A stretch of 64,000 nt of DNA, taken from the NCBI GenBank assembly GCA_951406725.2, contig OX597825.1:63674001-63738000 (forward strand). Reading direction: 5' to 3'. Source of the stretch: Octopus vulgaris. Lineage: Eukaryota. The notes under the pieces were generated by a model. The model made no database searches and was not told where the DNA came from. It saw nothing but the letters and a program-made list of their open reading frames with translations. The number at the start of each line of letters is the position of its first letter. Position 1 is the stretch's first letter. This document shows positions 13,072 to 26,182 of this stretch, piece by piece. The translations under genes were made by a program, and so were the position numbers.

Positions 13072-13684
13072 GTACATGGCTTCTATGTTTTCGTACTTAT
13101 ACATCAAGGATAATTTTGGATTTTAAAAGCGCGAATGAGTTTTTTTTTAATCAGTAGTTGTCATCATAAAATGTAGATGGCCTCCGATCGTACTTGCATT
13201 CTTCGTAAACAGGGGTCGCAATTCTCAGCTGCTAATCCAGTGAGCTTACTTGTGAACCGATTTCCACGACGATATATGTTTATTTAGCCTTTACCACACA
13301 TTTGCTGATGAAGTGGCATCGCGTCGGTATTAGCTGATGCTCGTGAATGAGAATACAGCCTATTGAGAAGAACAGAATTGAATCCAGATTCTGCTAGCTT
13401 GATGCAGTATATCTCTATCTGTCGCTATCGAAATTTCTCATTGACTCCGCAGTTTCAGCGAGCCTGAATTCATAAACCCCATACTTTTATTTGTTCTGCA
13501 TCTAACCGTACATGACGTCTACGTTTTCGTACTTATACATCAAGGATAATTTTGGATCTTAAAAGCGCGAATGCGTTTTATTTTAATCAGTAGTTGTCAT
13601 CATAAAATGTAGATGGCCTCCGATCGTACTTGCATTCTTCGTAAACAGGGGTCGCAATTCTCAGCTGCTAATCCAGTGAGCTTA
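13072..13684 (+). repeat. 177-bp direct repeats (13072-13248 and 13508-13684) flanking a 256-bp copy of 5303-5558
   Basis: Direct sequence comparison; about 6 mismatches between the repeats. Confidence 0.93.
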
Positions 13685-13997
13685 ATAATTCTATGACAAT
13701 GACTAAATAATAAGGCGAATTGGGAATTATGCCATACAGTTTTCAAATGAGATATGGGGTGAGCTCAGTATCGCAAATTTGTGTGTCTGGTACTTAAATG
13801 TCCTTATTTTGAAGCTAGAGAAGTATCATAATTATCCTTAAACAAAACTAATATGTGTCTATACAATGATATTGAAACGCTATGCTGCGTGTTAAATACT
13901 TGAAAACTACAATACCGAAAGTATAATATTCAAGTATATATGTATAGGAATTAAACTGTGTTTGCAGATGTCATATAATCAACACATCATCGATATA

Positions 13998-14384
13998 TAC
14001 TCTTTTACTCTTTACTATTTTGATTGTTTCAGTCATTTGACGGCGGCCATGCTGGAGCACCACCTTTAGTCGAGCAAATCGGCCTCAGGACTTATTCTTT
14101 GCAAGCCTAGTAATTATTCTATCGGTCTGTTTTGCCGAACCGCTAAGTTACGGGCTTCGTAAACACACCAGCATCGGTTGTCAAGCGATGTTGGGTGGAC
14201 AAACACAGACGCACAAACATACACACATACATATACATATATACGACGAGCTTCTTTCAGTATCAGTCTACCAAATCCACTCACAAGGCTATAGTAGAAG
14301 ACACTTGCCCAAAGTGTCTCGCAGTGGGACTGAACCCGGAACCATGTGGTTGGTAAGCAAGCTACTTACCACACTGCCACTCCT
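13998..14384 (-). mobile_element. SINE family A copy
   Basis: Reverse complement of 22685-23073; (ctctttta)n tail at the left end; tRNA-like head gggactgaacccggaaccatgtgg. Confidence 0.92.
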
Positions 14385-14589
14385 TCAGTGGATAATATTT
14401 TATTTATCGAAACGCTAGATTGATATATACCTTTGGTGACATATTTGTTGCAAATTGAAAACTATAAAACATGATGTCAGGTTGAAGTCTCGGTGTGTAA
14501 AATGGTAAAAATATTTGACGCGTGTGTTGCATATTCAGCTCATGCTGTATTTATTTTCCCCAACTAGGTGCGATACACGCACGAATAAT

Positions 14590-14780
14590 TCTTTCTATTA
14601 TAAGTAGGAGACCTGAAATTTTACAGGAGGGGTATAATGGATTACATCGACCCTACTGTTGAACTGGTACTTATTCTACCAACCCCAAGAGGGTGAAAGG
14701 CAAAATCAATTCCTGCGGCATTTAATCTCTGAAGGCAAACACGGAGGTAAGCCGCAAACAAAAAAAGATTAAGGCACGCC
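14590..14780 (-). mobile_element. SINE family B copy (diverged)
   Basis: gattacatcgaccc..actggtacttatt...ccccaagagggtgaaaggcaaa. Confidence 0.7.
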
Positions 14781-15529
14781 GATTGTAACCTATATATGTA
14801 TATCAGAATGCTTAGTGTGGTAGACATATATTGAGAACTACATTGAACAATTTGCCTTTTTGTTTCCTTTAAGTAGCAGAAAATGTCATGAGACAGATTT
14901 AGCTACTATCTTTAGAATGTAAATTTATTATACAAAGATGCTATCCTAAGCTCACTGCTTAATACGCGCAAGCAAGTGATAATGATTATAAATAGATAAT
15001 GTAAAAATATTTTAATGCTTTACGTGAACCACTCGAGAGAGATGATTAGGATTTAAATGTCTACACTTAAATGTTAGTATTTCGGTATTTTTCCCGAACT
15101 GCTTTAGGGTTTTATATGTAGTTAATTCACAACAGACAGAAAGTCTGGAAGGCAGTATGTTACGACTTGTTACTTCTTTCCTTCTCTCTATATTGCATTG
15201 GTGACAATAACTGAAATGGAAATATATTACGCTTGGAAATATGTTCGTATTTTAATACTTGTTTCAATAAATGACTCAGGGAAACAATTTCGATTCGAAA
15301 AATCAAGGATTTTCGTAATACCTTGTTTCCAACATTGCTGCATGCTGCGTAAAACGTTTAAACATCCAATAGTAGCCGTTTAGCCATCTTATATTTTGTC
15401 GATCACTTCATTAACATTAAATATCCATTCAAATCCAGATCAAAACCTAGCGATTTCAAAAGTAGAAAAAGTTGATCAATTTAGTACTCTCTTTCATTTC
15501 TGACTGTCTGGTTCTCTGTTTCTTCTTTC

Positions 15530-16034
15530 TGTCTGGCACAAACTTGGGAAAAACGCGTCTCACACTCAAATCTTCAGTTATAATGGACTGAACTGAACCG
15601 TAACTATTCTACACATAACCTGATAACTCAGGTATGGTGATTCGACGATTTCTCCTCACAGTTGCACGCATATCAGCGTTGCTTTTCTGTTCTGATTCTT
15701 CGTTACTATCCACATTTATTCGGCCATTCTGGAAACATCTGAACCACTCGTACAGTTGAATGCGGCTCATATACTTCTCTTCATACATTTTCGGCAACTT
15801 TGCAAAGGTTTCTGAGCAGGTATCGCCATGAAAACTTTCTCTCTCATGGTCAATGCGACGACCACAGCTACACACGTTCCTTCCAAGAAAGAGCGAAAGT
15901 CAGCTAGAACGTTAAAACGTAATTCGCATGTACAACGAACTTCAAGGTCAATCTTTTCCAAGCAGCTTCACTATGCATGCTTAGCTTCGTTACTATAGCA
16001 ACAGTCTGGTTACTTACTGATCAGACCTCATGTA
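15530..16034 (-). mobile_element. Mariner (Tc1/mariner) 5' fragment with TIR and HTH region
   Basis: ORF 15609-15875 reads ETFAKL..MY....MSRIQLYEWFRCFQNGR...VRRNRRITI.EL, the mariner N-terminal HTH; TIR-like TAcatgaggtctgatcagtaagtaaccagact at 16003-16034. Confidence 0.85.
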
Positions 16035-17255
16035 GATGTATATAATGAGCAAAATAACTGGTTCTAAAATCTCTAATACAAGACAGTAACGTTTTTTGCC
16101 ACTATAATATAGCTGTTCTACAAAGAACAATGTTACTACAATTTAACCTCAGGAAAATGTCTTTTCCAGCTGCTTAACGACACGAAACAGTGTCCCATAT
16201 ATTGTGAACAAGGAAGCGAATCATTACCCTTCCACTTGGCCAGATCAAGTGACCATGGTTTCTGGGCCTTTATCGGCACCCAGAACCATCGGTACTTCAT
16301 CGGTACTGGATAACTGCCTGCTAGAGATGGCAGCCAATCGTCTCTACTCATAATATATAAACAGAGACGTGCTGATCTCGTAACGAGTGAAATATGTAAC
16401 TATACGTATTTTGGTAACATAACAAATTATGTTTCGTATGGAAAGACCCGTACTCATATTATATCCAAGTTAATCAAAGATTTATGTTTCACATATTCGG
16501 TTGATTTTGTCTTGGATAAAACAGTCAATATGTTCGGTGCAACCCATGTTGGTATAACTGCTACGGCACAACTTCAGAAAAAACTGTTGCCTGAGAAGGA
16601 CCTGAACTAGAATAACTGGACATATTACTCAGTGAAACGTACGCCACGCGGAGACACATGTACTGCATTTCAGATGAAGATAAATGATAGATATACGACA
16701 AAATAACTGTAACTACGATTATCACAAATAGATTGTCTTTAAAGCACCTTCATTAAAAACACGTTTCCACTTCCCGATTTAAGCATGTCAAAAATAAGAT
16801 ATTATTAAATAAATGAAGTTTCGCTTAATTTTCATTTTCAAGTAGTTTTAATTACGCTGCTTGTTATACATTAATTATTGCTTTTTATTTACTTACACAT
16901 GTCATTAATGATTTTGAGTTTATCTTGCTTTTAAATGCTCGCACGTGTACAGATGCGTCTGTATACACATACATATCGATATATTACATGTCTTTATGAA
17001 TTATTTTTATGCATCTTCCTAATTGCCGCGAAGATATCACAGAAGTATCGATAAAACTACATCACATATTTAATATGATTTATTTGCGTATAGCTAAGCA
17101 TATATCTGTTCCACACGCGGTCTCATATAGATCCATATATATGTTTGCGTGTGTGTGTACGTAATTCGCTTTTCTCTCTTTAACTCACTCCCCCTCCCCT
17201 CTGTATAAATATATATATATATACACACACATTTGCTTGTGTGTGTACACAATTG

Positions 17256-17344
<89 letters not shown>

Positions 17345-17353
17345 TGAAAGGAA

Positions 17354-17583
17354 GGCGGCGAGTTGGCAGAAACGTTAGCGGGCCGGGCGAAATGCTTAAC
17401 AGAATTTCCTCTGCCGCTACGTTCTGAATTCAAATTCAGCTGAGGTCGACTTTGCCTTTCATCCTTTCGGGGTCGATTAAATAAGTACCAGTTACGCACT
17501 GGGGTCGATATGATCAACTTAATCCGTTTGTCTGTCCTTGTTTGCCCTCTCTGTGTTTAGCCCCTTGTGGGTAGTAAAGAAAT
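17354..17583 (+). mobile_element. SINE family B, near full-length
   Basis: tRNA-like head ggcggcgagttggcagaaacgttagc...ttcaaattc; central gactttgcctttcatcctttcggggtcgattaaataagtaccag resembles the Meta/Sauria-type SINE domain; matches 36006-36238. Confidence 0.9.
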
Positions 17584-17736
17584 TTATATATATATATATA
17601 TATATATAGTGAAAGAGATGGATAGATAATAGATACATAGGGGGAGAGATGGATATATATGAAGAAATATCAACTTAGGAGTATACGTATCAATATATTT
17701 ATGTACATACCAGCACATGACAGTTTGTAGATTTGT

Positions 17737-17779
<43 letters not shown>

Positions 17780-17781
<2 letters not shown>

Positions 17782-17938
17782 TACGGGATTCTTTCAGTTT
17801 CTACCAAACCCACTCACAAGGCTTTGGTCGGCACGAGGCCATAGTAAAAGGCACTTTCTCAATTTCCTGGCAGTGGGACTGAACTCGGAACCATGTGATT
17901 GGGAAGGAAACCTCCTACCACATATTTACGCCAGCACC
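17780..17938 (-). mobile_element. SINE family A 5' half
   Basis: ccactcacaaggctttggtcggc...gcagtgggactgaactcggaaccatgtg. Confidence 0.8.
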
Positions 17939-18316
17939 TAAATGTGTTTGTGGATGTGTGCATGTGTAGGCACGCACACACAGTTGCAATTGCATAAACT
18001 AATTGATTATCCAAGTGATATATGAATTTTTGTGTAATACTAATTAAAGCATCCGCCATCAATTATCTTATTACACTAAAATATAGCATTTATTTATTAT
18101 TTAAATACTAGCAAGTACTTATAAAGCAACATGTTCAGTAGTACCATTACTAAATATGATTAACAATGAATAAATTATTACTAATACACTAATTAACGGA
18201 TTCCAATTTTAAGCAAGTAATTTTAAGCATAAACATTTTGATAGATTATCAGAATATTGTCCCCGAATAAAAATACGTAATGAAGATATTCAATTCAATG
18301 TGTGCATATATGCGTA

Positions 18317-18350
<34 letters not shown>

Positions 18351-18367
18351 AATATACAAACACAAAC

Positions 18368-18400
<33 letters not shown>

Positions 18401-19271
18401 AAGAGACATACATGCATACATACAAATATACACCTGCGCGCATGTACACACACACATACACGTATAAATCAAATTTAGGCAAGAGATAAATTATCAAATA
18501 TAAATTGGAATTTATATTCAAATCAACAGATAGTTTTCGTTTTATTTTATTTATTTTTGGTTTTTTTTTTAAGGATCACAGAGTTAGATCACATTGATTA
18601 TGCCTGTTTATCACCATTTCGAAACTTACCCCCGTTACATTTATTAAACATGAAAAATTAAATTAATACAAGTCAATAATTATAAGTATTGAAATTTATG
18701 TTTAATATATTCCTGTGTAAAGCCTGTATAAAACCACATTCCGTAACATTTAAATAAATATATAAATGATGTTTGGAATATTTTACAGAATTTTGTAAAT
18801 AAAATAATATATATGTAAATTATTCATCTACAAATTCAAACATAACTACCTCTAATCTATAATATTTCCCAACAGAGAAACGGAGAGAGAAGTGCTGAGA
18901 TAAGCATGCACATGCATGCTCTTAAGTATAAACATATACATATAGGTGGTTTTTTGCATGTAAGTCTATATCTTATTGAAAATAGTTATGGATAAAAGCG
19001 TACTGCATGTATTTACATTAGTAAACCCGCGCATAAGCACCCGCACGTTCGCACTGAAAAAAAAATCTGCATACACACACATACTCATACCTTTATCTAA
19101 ATATTAAATTCTTCTGATTATTCGAATCTTCATAACGTCATGTGAAATTTCGTAACATCTTAAGATCATAAGAGTAACATATGTGTAAGTACTAATGATT
19201 TGAAATTATACAGGAAATACAGTCAAATTCATTAAGCATAAGAATATTCTGAAATAGGAATCCACTATATA

Positions 19272-19311
<40 letters not shown>

Positions 19312-19403
19312 TAGGGAGAGTTTACGAAAAAAACGAAAGACAAAGACAGGTGGTGTACAAAACAAACAGATGTATTAGTATAACACTCAGGAAAAGAAAA
19401 AGT
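19312..19403 (-). mobile_element. PLE-like 3' terminal fragment between (TA)n tracts
   Basis: Minus strand gtaggctcGAAACGTAaaa... (HHR 3' half) followed by tail ...caccacctgtctttgtc; related tail at 57770-57832 (+). Confidence 0.5.
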
Positions 19404-19420
19404 ATTTTACGTTTCGAGCC

Positions 19421-19478
<58 letters not shown>

Positions 19479-19497
19479 GCACACACATATACATATA

Positions 19498-19940
19498 AAT
19501 AATAAAGTTGATTTATTAGCAATTTACAACCTAAAGGCAGAACTATAGACGTCACCACGGGTAATAGTAAGCACCAGCATTGCTCGAAAAAACCCTCAAA
19601 ACAGCTCTTTGCCACCATAAAGCACTTACTGTATGACTGACAAGGGAGTCAAGCTCCTTATATCATCCACGGTGATTTCACATCTTTATTAATACTCATG
19701 GGTGGAACCTGCTCGGCTGCCTATGGTTAAGCTGGCTCACCTCGTCAAATTATAAGATTTACGTAGAAAATGATTTAATAATTGGTAAAAGTAAAAATTA
19801 TAAATAATAAAGATGGCTTATTAGCAATTCACAACAGAAAGACAACTACAAACGTCACTCAAGTGACTAAGGGAACTAGTAAACACTAGTATTGCTAGAA
19901 ATAAGAGTCAAATCAACTCTTTGCCAAGATAAGTGCTCAT
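19498..19940 (-). mobile_element. Tandem pLTR-like direct repeats (~19498-19630 and ~19802-19940) with a degenerate hammerhead between them
   Basis: Both units contain aataaag..ttattagcaatt.acaac...acgtcac...tagtaa.cac.ag.attgct.gaaa...ctctttgcca; minus strand has TTGACGAG...GAAATCACCGTG at ~19664-19752. Confidence 0.55.
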
Positions 19941-19946
19941 ATGTAT

Positions 19947-20001
<55 letters not shown>

Positions 20002-20239
20002 AAACAAACGAGTGGATATATATATGAAAGGAGGTTTAAGAATGAAATATTAAAGATGTTTATTCACTTGACCGGTTTCACTTTTTTAGAAAAATATTGT
20101 CAAAAGTAAAATGTAAAGCTTTATATAAGCTTTGTTGTGTTAAGTATTGGTTGTCACAAAAGTATTAAAATACATATATACATTGTTGTTAATAATATTA
20201 TTATAAAAAAAGGTATATATGTATTTTAATACTTTTGTG

Positions 20240-21250
20240 GCACCTAGTATTTCAATTTTGGCTTTAGTAGAGAGATCTTTGGTATTCCAGAGTTACTGGT
20301 ACAGGTTGCCGAATACTGAACTTTCTTTGTTTTTACGCGTTTTACTTACTTCATCAAGCTTAGTGCCGTTTGTGACAGTAGAACGAAGATAGGGAAAATA
20401 ACTGCTTTTTGATCTTTTCCCTCTACAAACACTTTAGGCATAATCTGTTGATTATTGACGAGACATGGCTGAAAATTGAGTCCGGTCCATTTAATGCCTT
20501 TGTTCGGCCGAAAGAACCGCAGCAAGTTTGTTTAGTAACAGGTGGATATTTCCAGGGTACATCAAGCTGTCAATAGCAGGTCTCTTGCAGTTTGAAAGCC
20601 TAGTCTTGTTTTAGACTTGCTAAAAGTAAATTCCTCCTCTGAGGAACATCTATAATATCAGCAAGGCATAATTCATGCAAAACACAATGTGTATAGCATC
20701 GGTGCCAGCACATATTCTTGTTTTATAACGTTCGCCACACTAAACGTTTATGATTGATCGCTGTTTGTGATGCAGTACTATAATCATATTCAACATTTCT
20801 TCGGGTAGCCCAAGCTTTGATAGGACTTTCCATATTACCTTATAGCAAACCGTGTTAGAAGCCTTTGCGATATCAACAAATATGCATCTGTGCGCCTTCG
20901 CATGTGTTGTATATAACTTCCGTCTGTCTGTTTCTAGAGTAATCTCATATATGAGAGTACATGTATCTAGCATGATAATTCTTAATTTATTCCAGTTATA
21001 TTTTCTCCTCGTTAATGTTAGCTTTTTTTCGGAGTTTGTAGCCTCATGTATTGTGTCATATTTTCTTCCATTTCTTTTATGCTTAAAATACAATACAACT
21101 GATTCTTCTTACAATAGAAACAAGCCTGAAAAATTGAAGGAGGCATGTATCGAATCTGTCTACACTAGTCCATGTTTTCTCGACTCCGATAAGATGAAGG
21201 CTTAATTGGCCAGAAGAACTACCAATGTGCAATTTCGCACAATGATAAAT
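20240..21250 (-). mobile_element. RTE-clade (BovB-like) LINE reverse transcriptase remnant
   Basis: IFVDIAKASNTV..KVIWKVLSKLGLPEEMLNMIIVLH resembles 'FIDLTKAFDTV.R..LW.ILSK.GCP.KF..MI..LH'; downstream FPYLRSTVTNGTKLDE resembles 'F.YLGS.....LD.E'. Confidence 0.8.
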
Positions 21251-21579
21251 ATCCTGACACCGAGCCGCTCTTCTGTAATAACATAGTAAGTTTCATACGC
21301 TATATTTTATATATTACGTTGCGGTTACATACATTTTATAGATTACTTTCAAGCCATCTTGCACTATTAGATTTTATCTTATTTGTAATCAATTTTAAAT
21401 AATACTTAATTACAGAGTATAGTATGTTGTATATAAAGTGTACTTCGTGTAAAGAAAAATCATTTTGAATTTAACCAGTTTTTGGGAACATATGATGTAT
21501 CACAGATATCAACAATCAATAAAATCAATCACATAAAAACGAATACCGAATGAGTCAAGAATCCTTATTTAATAAGTAT

Positions 21580-21626
<47 letters not shown>

Positions 21627-21873
21627 ATGTATATATGTATGTGTGTATATATATATATATATATATTTGTGTATGTGTATGTGTGTGTGCGTGTGTGTGT
21701 TAAATGACAGACGGAAGATGGAATATCCGAGAATTTATTATTAATCACAATAATATATATATATGTATATATATATATATATGTATGATATATATATATA
21801 TGTATATATATATATATGTGTGTATGTATGTATATATATATATATACATATATACAAATATATATATACATAC

Positions 21874-21968
<95 letters not shown>

Positions 21969-22312
21969 CATGTATGTATATATATATGTATATACAGTAA
22001 ATCACCAGCGCTGGATATAAATTATGCGATGTAAAGTGTTTTGGAGTATCTTATTTAATTTCATTTCTTTGAGAATATTCGAAGGTTGTTTATTATTCTT
22101 TATACGAACTGCGAAGCGAAACCTTCATTAAAGGTAATACATTTCTGGCTTCCTATCTTCCTTTTTTCCTTTTATTCTTCCTCTCCTCGTCACAATTACT
22201 AAGGCTTACCGCTACCTACATCATAAACAACCTCATCTTCTTCTCCACATGCTCCTCCTTTTCCTCCTTTTTATTCGTATTATTACTAATGGTGTTTTTA
22301 TTATTGTTGTTG

Positions 22313-22370
<58 letters not shown>

Positions 22371-22490
22371 CCTCATCATCATCATCTCCATCATCGGCGT
22401 CTTTATATTTTGATTAACAATAGACAAACAGGCATACAAAAACGCACCCCTTTCTATATGTGTATGTGTATATACATACATATATACACA

Positions 22491-22555
<65 letters not shown>

Positions 22556-22580
22556 GTATATATATATATATATATGTATA

Positions 22581-22647
<67 letters not shown>

Positions 22648-22651
22648 GTGT

Positions 22652-22683
<32 letters not shown>

Positions 22684-22684
22684 C

Positions 22685-23073
22685 AGGCGCAGGAGTGGCT
22701 GTGTGGTAAGTAGCTTGCTAACCAACCACATGGTTTAGGGTTCAGTCCCACTGCGTGGCATCTTGGGCAAGTGTCTTCTGCTATAGTTCCGGGCCGACCA
22801 ATGCCTTGTGAGTGGATTTGGTAGACGGAAACTGAAAGAATCCTGTCGTATATATGTATATATATGTATATGTCTGTATGTCTGTGTGTTTGTCCCCCTA
22901 GCATTGCTTGACAACCGATGTGTTTACGTACCCGTCACTTAGCGGTTCGGCAAAAGAGACCGATAGAATAAGTACTGGGTTTTCAAAGAATTAGTCCCGG
23001 GGTCGATTTGCTCGACTAAAGGCGGGTCTCCAGCATGGCCGCAGTCAAATGACTGAAACAGGTAAAAGAGAGT
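22685..23073 (+). mobile_element. SINE family A (tRNA-derived CORE-like SINE), full-length
   Basis: A box TGGCTGTGTGG, B box GGTTCAGTCCC, CORE-like cttgggcaagtgtcttct, internal (TA/TG)n, tail ccagcatggccgcagtcaaatgactgaaaca..taaaagag. Confidence 0.93.
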
Positions 23074-23323
23074 AATACATATATATGATTCATGCACTAC
23101 CATGTGTGAATAATATTGTTGAGGTCAACATTTACTCACTGGCGACCACTTCTGGGCTTTGTCACTAAGTGAGTCTTTAACCAAATTAGATGGTGTTAAC
23201 ATTTTTAGATTGATTGCATTCTAAGCTACATTTTCTGCTAAAAAATTTGAAAATCTCTTCCATAAAAAAATAGGGTTCAGAAAAAATATTGAGGTCAAAA
23301 ACTGAAATAGATTTTGAGTATCG

Positions 23324-23358
<35 letters not shown>

Positions 23359-24422
23359 AAGGAATCTACGTCTTATTTTAGTTGGTATAATAGATTTCAG
23401 CAACAGGGTTCTATCCATGTTAGCTATATGGTAAAATATTCAGTAGAAAAAAGTACTGATGTGAAAACAGGCGAAGAAAAATGAACGTCTGAAATCAATT
23501 TTGACTCCAAATATTATTCTTCTTTCAAATGAAAACTATATTTAAATTCAACTTTTCTCATAGATCTCCACTAGTTGAATCTGATGATGCCACTTAGACA
23601 AAAAAAATAATTGTTAAATAAAAAAAAAAACTGGGGTCAAATATTTCGAAAACGGTTGTATCGCCTAAAATCAAATTTAAAGTCTAATTTTTTTGTTACC
23701 TCGTATGATGATCTCATCACAACGAATGTCGTAGTGTTATTCCTTTAGAAAACATCATTCACACACTACCGTGTGTGAAATCTATTCTAGTAGAGGTCAG
23801 CATTTAATCACCAACGACCACTTTTTTTCCCCAGATTAGATGATGTTTACATTGTGAGATTGCACATCATAAACTACATTTCGTGTTAAAATTTTGAAAA
23901 CTGATACAATACAAAGGTGTTTAAGTCAAATATGTGAGGTTTCAAACGGGAGAATAACGCTTGAAATCGACTGTGAGTTCGATTTAAAAAAAAATAATAA
24001 ACCCATATTATATTTTAGCTTGTATGATAGATCTCGACGACAGAAATCTATCCATGTTAGTTATATGCAAAAATATTCAGTCGAAAAAACGTACTGAGGT
24101 AAAATCAGGCGAAAGAAGATTAACGCCTGAAATCGAGATGACTCCAAATATTTCACTTCTTTAAAGAGAAAACTATATTTAAATTTAACTTTTCTGATAC
24201 CTCTCGACTACATGAATCCCACGATGCTTATGATATGAAAAACACTTTTTTATAAAAAGCTACTGGGGCCAAATGTGCTGAAAACAGTGGTAATGCTTAC
24301 AAAGCAAATTCAAGACCTAAACATTTTGTTTTTGTGTAAAAACGTTGTCTTTCTTTAGCTCATATGATTGAACACATGAAGAGGAATATCGTGATACTAA
24401 TGTTTTTAAAAAATATGCAAAA

Positions 24423-24589
24423 TGGTGTGGTAACAAGTAGCCTGCTTACCAACCACATGGTTCCGGGTTCAGTCCCACTGCGTGGCAACTTGGACAAGTG
24501 TCTTCTACTATAGCCTCGAGCCGACCAAAGCCTTGTGAGTGGATTTGGTAGACGGAAACTGAAAGAAGCCCGTTGTGTATATGTATAAG

Positions 24590-24678
<89 letters not shown>

Positions 24679-24888
24679 TTGTGTATCTGTGTTTGTCACC
24701 CCAACATCGGTTGACAACCGATACTGGTGTGTTTACGTCCCTGTAACTTAGCGGTTCGGCAATAGAGTTCGATAGAATAAGTACTAGGGTTACAAAAATA
24801 AGTCCTGGGGTTGATTTGTTCGACTAAAGGCGGTGCTCCAGCATGGCCATAGTCACTTGACTGAAACAAGTAAAAGAGTAAAGAGAGT
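24423..24888 (+). mobile_element. SINE family A copy
   Basis: Near-identical to 22685-23073 with an expanded internal (TA)n(TG)n; tail aagtaaaagagtaaagag. Confidence 0.93.
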
Positions 24889-24967
24889 TATTATATAAGC
24901 TAAATGTGCCAAACGTACATAAAACAATTTTTATGTAATATTATTACATATTATAGTACTAAAACAA

Positions 24968-25175
24968 CGAACTGGCAGAGTCGGTAACACACAAGGTGAA
25001 ATATTCACGGCATTTCGTCTGCCTCTATATTCTAAGTTCAAATTGAACCAAGGTCGTATTTGCCATTTATCTTTTTGGTACTCTATAAATTAGTATCAGC
25101 TGAGTATTGATGTCGATGTCGTCGACTTCCTTCCCCTCCGGATTTGATGGCCTCCTGCCAAAATTGGAAACCAAT
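24968..25175 (+). mobile_element. SINE family B copy (diverged)
   Basis: cgaactggcagagtcggtaac...ttctaagttcaaatt...aggtcgtatttgcc...ccaaaattggaaacca. Confidence 0.65.
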
Positions 25176-25763
25176 ACTGCAAAATGTTTGATTCAATTCA
25201 GTATTTTGGTATCTTTCAAAGATCTACATCATATTCATAATATATACTATAATGTAATAAATATATATTGTAATAAGTATCATTCACATACAGTAGTATG
25301 TGAATAATATTTTTAAGGTCAACATTAACTCACTCACGTCCACTTCTACGCTTTGTCAACAATTCAATTTTCTGTAACCAAATTTGATAATGTTTCCACA
25401 TTTTTACAGTGGTGACCTCCTATGCTACATTTTGAACTACAAAATTTGAAATTTGACTCAGTAGAAAAAAGTAGAGATTTGAAATATATGAAGTATAACG
25501 CCTGAAATCAACTTCAGGGATATACACGCAACGTTGCATACATTCGTTGCACACACACAAACACACATACATATGTACATACACATAAGTTATTTTGAAA
25601 ACACCCATGAGTAGGAACAAAAATGAGTGTGAAGAATACGTGGCTTGAAGAAGAGAGGGGTTAAGTTGGCAACAACTGAGATGGCAAGTGGATACTCTTC
25701 TGCTGTCCATGATAAATAAACACTCACTCAGAGACTCATACACACACACACATATATTCATAT

Positions 25764-25816
<53 letters not shown>

Positions 25817-25940
25817 CATATATATGTACATGTATACATACATACATGCATACATACATACTAATTGCAGAAAAATGTTACTGTGGTTCAACGTTTAATC
25901 CTTTTCACCTAACCAGAATATAGGCTTTAGAAGCTAGAAT

Positions 25941-26182
25941 TTTCGGCATGATATACCCTCCAGGTTTCATCAGGTGTCTTGGGGAAATTTCGAACTTGGG
26001 TTCTCATTCCTAACGTATTTTTCGATGTTACTATCATTATTATTATTATCATCATTATTATTATTATTATCTTTATTATTATTATCATTATTATTATTAT
26101 CATTCAGGTCACTGTCTGGAATACGAAGTTGGAATCTTGAGGTTAGTAGCCCACGCTCTTAACCACTACGCCATATGCCTGT
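25941..26182 (-). mobile_element. SINE family D: tRNA-like head, (AAT)n linker and hammerhead 5' half
   Basis: Minus strand has A box TGGCGTAGTGG, anticodon-like arm gtggg-ctACTaa-cctca and a degenerate B box; then (AAT)n; then gacac-CTGATGA-aacctggagggtatatcatgcc-GAAA, truncated at that point. Confidence 0.75.

Larger units (their letters stand above)
23089..25515 (+). repeat. Old degenerate tandem array with a ~660-bp unit (23089-23756, 23757-~24415, partial 25282-25515), interrupted by SINEs
   Basis: Recurring ttca..cactacc.tgtgtgaa...gaggtca.cattta.tcac and tctatccatgttag.tatatg..aaaatattcagt.gaaaaaa.gtactga...ctgaaatc..tgactccaaatatt. Confidence 0.8.

Noticed and set aside
16140-16350. 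GC-elevated stretch with a hairpin (atggtttctggg/cccagaaccat) and faint hAT-like residues (STDEVPMVLG, HCF)
   Set aside because: The similarity is too weak and fragmentary to assign as exon, TE or ncRNA
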